Below, piece after piece: positions 58,837 through 64,000 of a stretch of 64,000 bases of DNA. A program made the position numbers and the translations under genes. The notes beneath the pieces were generated by a model. It was not told the DNA's origin and did not search any database. It saw only the letters and a list, made by a program, of their open reading frames with translations. How positions within the stretch are numbered: position 1 is the stretch's first letter; the number at the start of each line of letters is the position of its first letter. Source of the DNA: an uncultured Collinsella sp. (GTDB lineage Bacteria; Actinomycetota; Coriobacteriia; Coriobacteriales; Coriobacteriaceae); assembly GCA_900541145.1 (NCBI GenBank), contig UQIH01000012.1, positions 6,714 to 70,713 of the forward strand. The letters are read 5' to 3'.

Positions 58837-60084
58837 ATGTCAGAACAGCCACTAATTAGCGGAAGAGGCACGTGTTGGAAAGACAAGAGATCACCTAACA
58901 CTTATCGCTATTATTTTTCCCTTGGAGTCAAGGACCCTAAGACGGGGCGCTACAAACGATCCCCAACTTATACAATTCGTTGCAAGACTAAAACAGAAGC
59001 TAAGGCTGCAATGCAGGCCAAGCTGGCTGAAATCAACTCCTCTGGCACGATCACTAAAACTAAAAAGCCCACTTTGCTTGCGTCCTACTGCTGGGCCTTT
59101 CATGAAAATAGGGACACCGAGCTTGCGCCAACGAGCTATGAAAGAGAAGCGTACGATTGCAGGCATATCGAAGACCTATTCGGTGCGTTTCAGACAATTG
59201 AGGGGCTAACTCCCGATCTAATCGAAGAAACATATGCCGAAGCTCGTCGTACGGGAAAATACAAACCATCAGAGCTTGTACGAATCAATGCGAAACTGCG
59301 TCAGATTTTGTCGAATGCGGTCGCAAAGAGAATAATTGACCGAAACCCCTGCGCTACCGTTCATGTTCGCAGACCACGCAACAAAAGAGAATCACTGGCA
59401 ATCGACCAAGTAGCTACCCTATGCACACGTCTTCAACACATTGAGCTCACCGCCGAAGCTGTTGGTACACTAGTACTAGTGTATACGGGTATGCGGAAAG
59501 GCGAGATGCTGGGCCTCGAATGGCGCGATTGGGACCCTGCCAATAAAACCTTGAAAATTGACAGGCAGTACACCAACGACCATGAACTGAGGGCACCCAA
59601 GTCACAAGAAAGCCAACGCAAAATCCCCGTTGGAGAAACCTTGGCCGAACGTCTTCAATCATGGTCAGCCATACAAAAAGAGCTCCTGGCCTCTCTGGGG
59701 CTGTCCCAGACTGGCAGCACTCCCATCATTAGCGATATTGCTGTCGAGCAAGGGATCCCTACTGTCTGTCACATGAAAAACTACATCTTCAACCATTGGT
59801 TTCGCGATTTCGCAGTTAGCTGCAATCTTGGAATCTATGAGCCGAACAATTCGACTGGCGGAAAACTATATAAGGGCATCTGCCCGCATCAGCTCAGGCA
59901 TTGTGTAAGCACTTTTATGCTGGCGAACGGATCGGACGTTAGAAGCGTGCAAGGTATTCTTGGCCACGCGGACCCCAATATCACGCTCAAAACGTATACA
60001 AGCCTCGTTCAACAATCAGAAATAAAAGCAGTTAAAGGCTACGAAGCCTTCATCAACGCCTATATACAGAGAAGCGAGAAATAG
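58837..60084 (+). CDS. int: tyrosine-type site-specific integrase
   Basis: C-terminal catalytic motifs GMRKGE (Arg), HQLRHCVSTFM (H-x-x-R) and GHADPNITLKTY (His...Tyr). Confidence 0.9.
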   Translation: MSEQPLISGRGTCWKDKRSPNTYRYYFSLGVKDPKTGRYKRSPTYTIRCKTKTEAKAAMQAKLAEINSSGTITKTKKPTLLASYCWAFHENRDTELAPTSYEREAYDCRHIEDLFGAFQTIEGLTPDLIEETYAEARRTGKYKPSELVRINAKLRQILSNAVAKRIIDRNPCATVHVRRPRNKRESLAIDQVATLCTRLQHIELTAEAVGTLVLVYTGMRKGEMLGLEWRDWDPANKTLKIDRQYTNDHELRAPKSQESQRKIPVGETLAERLQSWSAIQKELLASLGLSQTGSTPIISDIAVEQGIPTVCHMKNYIFNHWFRDFAVSCNLGIYEPNNSTGGKLYKGICPHQLRHCVSTFMLANGSDVRSVQGILGHADPNITLKTYTSLVQQSEIKAVKGYEAFINAYIQRSEK

Positions 60085-60302
60085 CATGTTTTTCATTCAT
60101 CGTTTATTTCATAATATTACGGTACTATAATACCGTTTCCGCAGGTAGATGCTTTATTTGATTGACATCTAATGAGTTTTAATACATGCTAAAGCTGTCA
60201 GATGGCTACGCATGTAGTCATAGAAACCGGCCCCCCAAGTGCTTATGAACCTGGTACGTCTTACAAGCACAGGGAGGGCCCTCATTGAAAGGATAGCTCA
60301 TC

Positions 60303-60548
60303 ATGGCTACTCCAAAGATTAGCACTCAGGCGTCCACACCGACTTTCCCCACTGGTGCCGCTCAGTGCGATCGGTTGCTCCGCGTTAACGATATCCGCGA
60401 ACTCACTGGCTGGAGCGAAAACACCGCACGCAAGTTTATGCGAGAGTCCGGCAAGCTCATCCAGATCCATCGCTCTAATTACATGTTTGAAAGCTCGTTC
60501 TACGAGCTTTTCAAGCAGCTTGAAGGTCGTACCGCCCACCTTGATTAG
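60303..60548 (+). CDS. excisionase-like helix-turn-helix DNA-binding protein
   Basis: An 81-aa protein with LLRVNDIRELTGWSENTARKFMRE (HTH), directly downstream of int. Confidence 0.55.
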   Translation: MATPKISTQASTPTFPTGAAQCDRLLRVNDIRELTGWSENTARKFMRESGKLIQIHRSNYMFESSFYELFKQLEGRTAHLD

Positions 60549-60557
60549 GTGGTAAAC

Positions 60558-60944
60558 ATGAGCGAGCTTCCGTCGATTTCCGACATATTTAGCGATGATG
60601 CTACTGAGCAACGAGAGATTACGGGAAAAATGGATAAGGCTATTTTTATTTCAGTGCCCGAGTGGGCGTGCTGCGTCACCACCGTTGCCGCCGAGCGTCT
60701 CATCCTCGGCCTTGTATGGAAGTTTGGAAAACCTTCCAAAAACAAACGGCCCATGGGCTTCTGCGCTAAAAGCAAATGGATTGAGGATCACTACCGCCTG
60801 AGTAAGAACACTATATCCCGGGCCTATACCTCTCTGAAGGATAAGGGGTATATTCAAAAAGTTGGTGATGGCAGCTGGATGCTTAATTACGCCGCAATCT
60901 ACCGCGCCGCGATTGAAAACGCTTGGGAGCCTCCGAAACTTTAA
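60558..60944 (+). CDS. hypothetical winged-helix-like protein
   Basis: AGGTGG lies 6 nt upstream of ATG 60558. The C-terminal LSKNTISRAYTSLKDKGYIQKV resembles a wHTH recognition helix. Confidence 0.4.
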   Translation: MSELPSISDIFSDDATEQREITGKMDKAIFISVPEWACCVTTVAAERLILGLVWKFGKPSKNKRPMGFCAKSKWIEDHYRLSKNTISRAYTSLKDKGYIQKVGDGSWMLNYAAIYRAAIENAWEPPKL

Positions 60945-61395
60945 GCCCACAAACCGACTATCGAGGTCGTGAGAGTCGGTCACCGTCAGGATGCCCACAA
61001 GAACATGCCGCGGATGTAAAATGAAGCAGGGTCGAACCGAAACAGTTCCCGGACAATTGGCGTCCGGCAAGACACTTCGATTCGACCCTTTCTCATGCCT
61101 GTATCTAAAATACTCCCACAATCATTCTCGACATCTTTAACGCCCTCACCTCCTGCCACCAACACGCCGTAGACGCTATTTACAACGAATCGATATGGCC
61201 GCCCGTTCTTTAAGGCACGTGTTACCATGAAAACGTGCGGTATTTCTCCAACCGAAAACCTGCGTGAACGCATGACTTGAGACGCCTTTTAGAACTCACC
61301 GATCGCAGGGCGAACACAAATCAACAGCGGCCGTGCATTGTTCCCAGCCGTTTGGCATGGCGGAGCCATGCCGTTGTTGATTGGAGTGCCACACC

Positions 61396-61962
61396 ATGGC
61401 AGACGAGAGAAAAATCAGGGAGATCTACGGCGTGAAGAGCGTCCTAGATGAGGCCGCCGAGCGGATCGAGGCGACGTGGCGGGAGAAGCTGCTGCGCGAG
61501 ACTGCCGACCTCAGGAGCGAGAACGCGCTGCTCAGGGTCCAGCTCGACGAATTCAACCGCAAGCTCGGCGAGGCGAGAGACCGGAACGAAAGACTTGAGG
61601 CCGACTGCAATGAGAGGGTCGCTTTCATCGAGGAGAAGTTCGAGCTCGATACCGCGAGCCTCGAGCTCGAGAACAACGAGCTCCACGCCGCGAGCGTCAG
61701 ATATCTCACCGATGCCAGGGAGCTCGACAGGCAGGTCGTCCAGCTCCACGCTGAGGCTGAGGCCATGGTCGATGAGATCGAGCGGCTGCGCGGCGAGCGT
61801 GACGCCGCACTGAAAGCCCAGGCCGAGCTGAGCGATGCGCTCCTGGCCCAGCGCGACCTGATGGCCGAGCTCGCCGCCCTCAAGGACCGACTTGCCGCCT
61901 CCGAGCAGCGGGCGGCCGTGGCCGAGGCCAAGGTCGAGGTCATGACCCAGAGGGGCGAGTAG
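61396..61962 (+). CDS. coiled-coil protein
   Basis: Heptad-rich Glu/Arg/Leu/Ala sequence throughout. No family recognised. Confidence 0.5.
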   Translation: MADERKIREIYGVKSVLDEAAERIEATWREKLLRETADLRSENALLRVQLDEFNRKLGEARDRNERLEADCNERVAFIEEKFELDTASLELENNELHAASVRYLTDARELDRQVVQLHAEAEAMVDEIERLRGERDAALKAQAELSDALLAQRDLMAELAALKDRLAASEQRAAVAEAKVEVMTQRGE

Positions 61963-61980
61963 GCCGCAGAGCATCTAATT

Positions 61981-62021
61981 TTCTAGAAACCCTCTAGAGC
62001 ATTTCTAGAGGGTTTCTAGAA
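61981..62021. terminator. bidirectional terminator-like perfect palindrome
   Basis: TTCTAGAAACCCTCTAGA-GCATT-TCTAGAGGGTTTCTAGAA lies between convergent genes and overlaps the stop of 62016..62738. Confidence 0.55.
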
Positions 62022-62738
62022 CTGAAGACCGGGCGCAGTACTTTCGATCGAAACGATATCTTTGTAGATGAGGCGATGCTTGGCGTCGCACCATTTGTCG
62101 CCGTGGTAATGCCCGAAGAGCCAGACGCGATAGCCGAGCCGCCCGTCGAGCTCGCCAAGGAATCGTTGCAGCCGGTCGCCTCGATACTCGCGTCCACGCT
62201 CGCGGCACAGCTTCTCTGCCAGGGCAGCAGGAGCCTCGTGAGTCACAACGCAATCGACTCTCCAGCTCACGCGGTCGAGCGAGGCGCGGCAGTGCTCCAT
62301 CTCCTCCTCGCTCGGCATCTCCTCGGGCCACCAGCTCCTCCCCTCCCTGCGATACTGTCTGTCGTTGCTCGCGGCACCGCCCATGGCAAGGACTGTGAGC
62401 CCGTCGATGTCGAACACCTCTCCGCGCATCAGGTGCAGCACGTGCGGTCGCGCCTCATGGACGAGCCCGCCGTTCCACTCCAGCACCGGCAGCCCAGCCA
62501 GGGCGTGGTGGTTCTCATGGTTGCCGTCTACGAAACACGTGGTCCAGGGCTTCGACTCGAACCAGTCGAGCCAATACCTCTCAGTATTCGAGCCGTCCCA
62601 GACAAAGCCGAAGTCGCCGGCCACAATCACCGCGTCATCGCGCGTCAGCGTGCGGCCCAGTGGCCAAGACTTGAAGGCGAACCTGCTGGACCCGTACTCG
62701 GCCCTGCCGTGCACGTCGCCCGTCACATAGACCGTCAT
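62016..62738 (-). CDS. calcineurin-like metallophosphoesterase (tandem copy 1)
   Basis: Contains MTVYVTGDVHG, VAGDFGF and FVDGNHENH. The start overlaps the stop of the upstream paralog (TGATG). Confidence 0.8.
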   Translation of the reverse strand: MTVYVTGDVHGRAEYGSSRFAFKSWPLGRTLTRDDAVIVAGDFGFVWDGSNTERYWLDWFESKPWTTCFVDGNHENHHALAGLPVLEWNGGLVHEARPHVLHLMRGEVFDIDGLTVLAMGGAASNDRQYRREGRSWWPEEMPSEEEMEHCRASLDRVSWRVDCVVTHEAPAALAEKLCRERGREYRGDRLQRFLGELDGRLGYRVWLFGHYHGDKWCDAKHRLIYKDIVSIESTAPGLQF

Positions 62739-63463
62739 CAGTACGCACCCCACGGCAGGAGTTTGTCCCCGAGCCCCACGATCCGGTCATACAGCACCGT
62801 GTGCCGTTCGTCCGGATTGCCGTCTCGGTGAAAATGGCCGTAATACCAGTGTTTATAGTCCAGGCAGTCCTCGAGCTCGTCGAGGAATCCGGTCAGCCGG
62901 TCCACATCAGGGCATTCCCAGCCTGGGTCCGGGTAGAGCGTCGGCGAGAGCATGCGCGTCGAGCAGGTATGGGTGATGACGCAGTCGACCTTCCAGCCGA
63001 CCTCGTCGAGCTTGGCCCGCGCGGTATCGAAATCGCGCTCGTCCGGGAGCTCCTGAGGCCACCAGCTGGAATACGGCACGCGGTATTCCCTGTCCACGCT
63101 CGTGGCACCGCCCATGGTGAAGACCGTCGAGCCGTCGAGCTCGAAGACCTCGCCGCGCGTCAGGCGCCGAATGGGCGAGGTGTCCGACAGGCGCTGCGTC
63201 AGCCCGCCGTGCCATAACTCCATGGGGCGCTCCGCCCAGTGGTCGAAGCGCTCGTGGTTACCGTCGACGAACAGCACGGTATAGGGGCGCGACTCCAGCC
63301 AGGCGATGTCGGCGCATTCCTCCGCAGAGAAGTCCCACGGAAAGCCAAAGTCACCGGCAACGATGAGATAGTCGTCGCTAGTAAGACTGCCGCCAAGTTT
63401 CCAGTCGCGGAGCTTTTGCATGTCGAGCCCACCGTGGATGTCGCCCGTCACATAGACCGTCAT
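62738..63463 (-). CDS. calcineurin-like metallophosphoesterase (tandem copy 2)
   Basis: Contains MTVYVTGDIHG, VAGDFGF and FVDGNHERF, and is collinear with copy 1. ATG 63463 overlaps the upstream stop (ATGA). The track start at 63718 adds an Arg-rich artefact. Confidence 0.8.
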   Translation of the reverse strand: MTVYVTGDIHGGLDMQKLRDWKLGGSLTSDDYLIVAGDFGFPWDFSAEECADIAWLESRPYTVLFVDGNHERFDHWAERPMELWHGGLTQRLSDTSPIRRLTRGEVFELDGSTVFTMGGATSVDREYRVPYSSWWPQELPDERDFDTARAKLDEVGWKVDCVITHTCSTRMLSPTLYPDPGWECPDVDRLTGFLDELEDCLDYKHWYYGHFHRDGNPDERHTVLYDRIVGLGDKLLPWGAY

Positions 63464-64000
63464 CGGATTACCTCTTCCCTCTTGTACGCCGCCAGCTCGC
63501 GCTCGACCTGCCTGTCGCCGGTCTCGTTGACCCACCAGGGCCATTTCACCCGGCCGCACGGCTCGTCGACTCCGGCGAACCATTCCCTCAGCTCGTCGAG
63601 GCTCACCGGGGAGTGCCCGTTGGCATCGCAACCGACGTCGTAGCGCAGAAGGCCCTGCTTGCGGTTGAACTCGTTGTACGCGCCGCCGCTGCTGTGGATG
63701 TGCCCGTGGAGGTGCCACGATCCATGGTTCATGCCCTGCCAGTCGGCCATGGGGTAATGGCTCAGGACGATCTTCTGCCCGTCGATCTTGAGCACGCAGA
63801 TCGGCGGCTCCACGGTGAACGCGCCCGCGACCGCCGGCTGGGTCCAGTCCTTGTCGTGGTTTCCCGGGACGAGGTGGATGCGCCTGCAGGCGATCCGCTT
63901 GCGCAGGGCATAGGCGTCCTGGGCGGTCATCTTGAATGAGAAATCCCCCAGGATGTAGAGCTCGTCGTCCACGGCAACCCTGCCGTTGATGTTGTCGACG
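63460..64000 (-). CDS. metallophosphoesterase of a different subfamily (5' end beyond the right edge)
   Basis: Contains LYILGDF, VPGNHD and HLHGHIHS. The frame stays open upstream of the track start to position 64000 (VDNINGRVAVDDELY). Confidence 0.75.
   Translation of the reverse strand, partial: VDNINGRVAVDDELYILGDFSFKMTAQDAYALRKRIACRRIHLVPGNHDKDWTQPAVAGAFTVEPPICVLKIDGQKIVLSHYPMADWQGMNHGSWHLHGHIHSSGGAYNEFNRKQGLLRYDVGCDANGHSPVSLDELREWFAGVDEPCGRVKWPWWVNETGDRQVERELAAYKREEVIR

Larger units (their letters stand above)
58600..64000. mobile_element. integrative element (integrase-proximal end); continues past the right edge
   Basis: A tRNA 3' fragment is followed by a tyrosine integrase, an Xis-like HTH protein and a low-GC regulatory region (58.65-61.3 kb), then higher-GC cargo genes. 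Confidence 0.65.

Noticed and set aside
60651-61273. Minus-strand ORFs 60651..61121 and 60986..61273 in the integrative element
   Set aside because: The first is antisense to 60558..60944. The second has no RBS or recognisable motif. The region may hold a real small gene, but I cannot support one.

Overview
High-GC (about 60-70% in hand-counted lines) chromosomal segment from an anaerobic Actinomycetota genome. Gene content (PFOR, rubrerythrin, carbamate kinase, fhaA-fhaB-pstP-rodA/pbpA-pknB) suggests Coriobacteriia, but that placement is an inference. Positions 1-22188 are an unbroken run of minus-strand genes: mfd, nth, an ABC exporter, rmuC, rubrerythrin, a MutY-like glycosylase, an Rrf2 regulator, tRNA-Asp, two paralogous LytS/LytTR two-component pairs, a glycosyltransferase, an MFS transporter, an amidohydrolase and an APC permease. 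These are followed by arcC, nifJ (PFOR), an STPK/FHA module, recR-ybaB-dnaX and the Ser/Thr-signalling cell-wall cluster. Two foreign low-GC segments stand out. (1) A ~6.2-kb island (about 32.7-38.9 kb) lies between two diverged direct copies of the 3' end of an FHA-domain gene. It carries a radical-SAM/SPASM maturase interrupted by one in-frame TGA, two unannotated Cys/Asp-rich precursor-like peptides with a shared MKHIHP N-terminus (one is below the ORF-track cutoff), a 35-aa hydrophobic ORF, an ABC exporter and a decayed methyltransferase. This ranthipeptide-like RiPP cassette is the most interesting system in the window. (2) An integrase-bearing element starts at a tRNA-Arg(CCU) 3' fragment (58.6 kb) and runs off the right edge. 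Other non-coding signals are a 3'-UTR hairpin element whose stems differ between copies while its loop is identical, a TTrGGGAC motif array at three loci, and several very long GC-rich hairpins. Many long ORFs in the track are antisense shadow ORFs typical of high-GC DNA and were not called.
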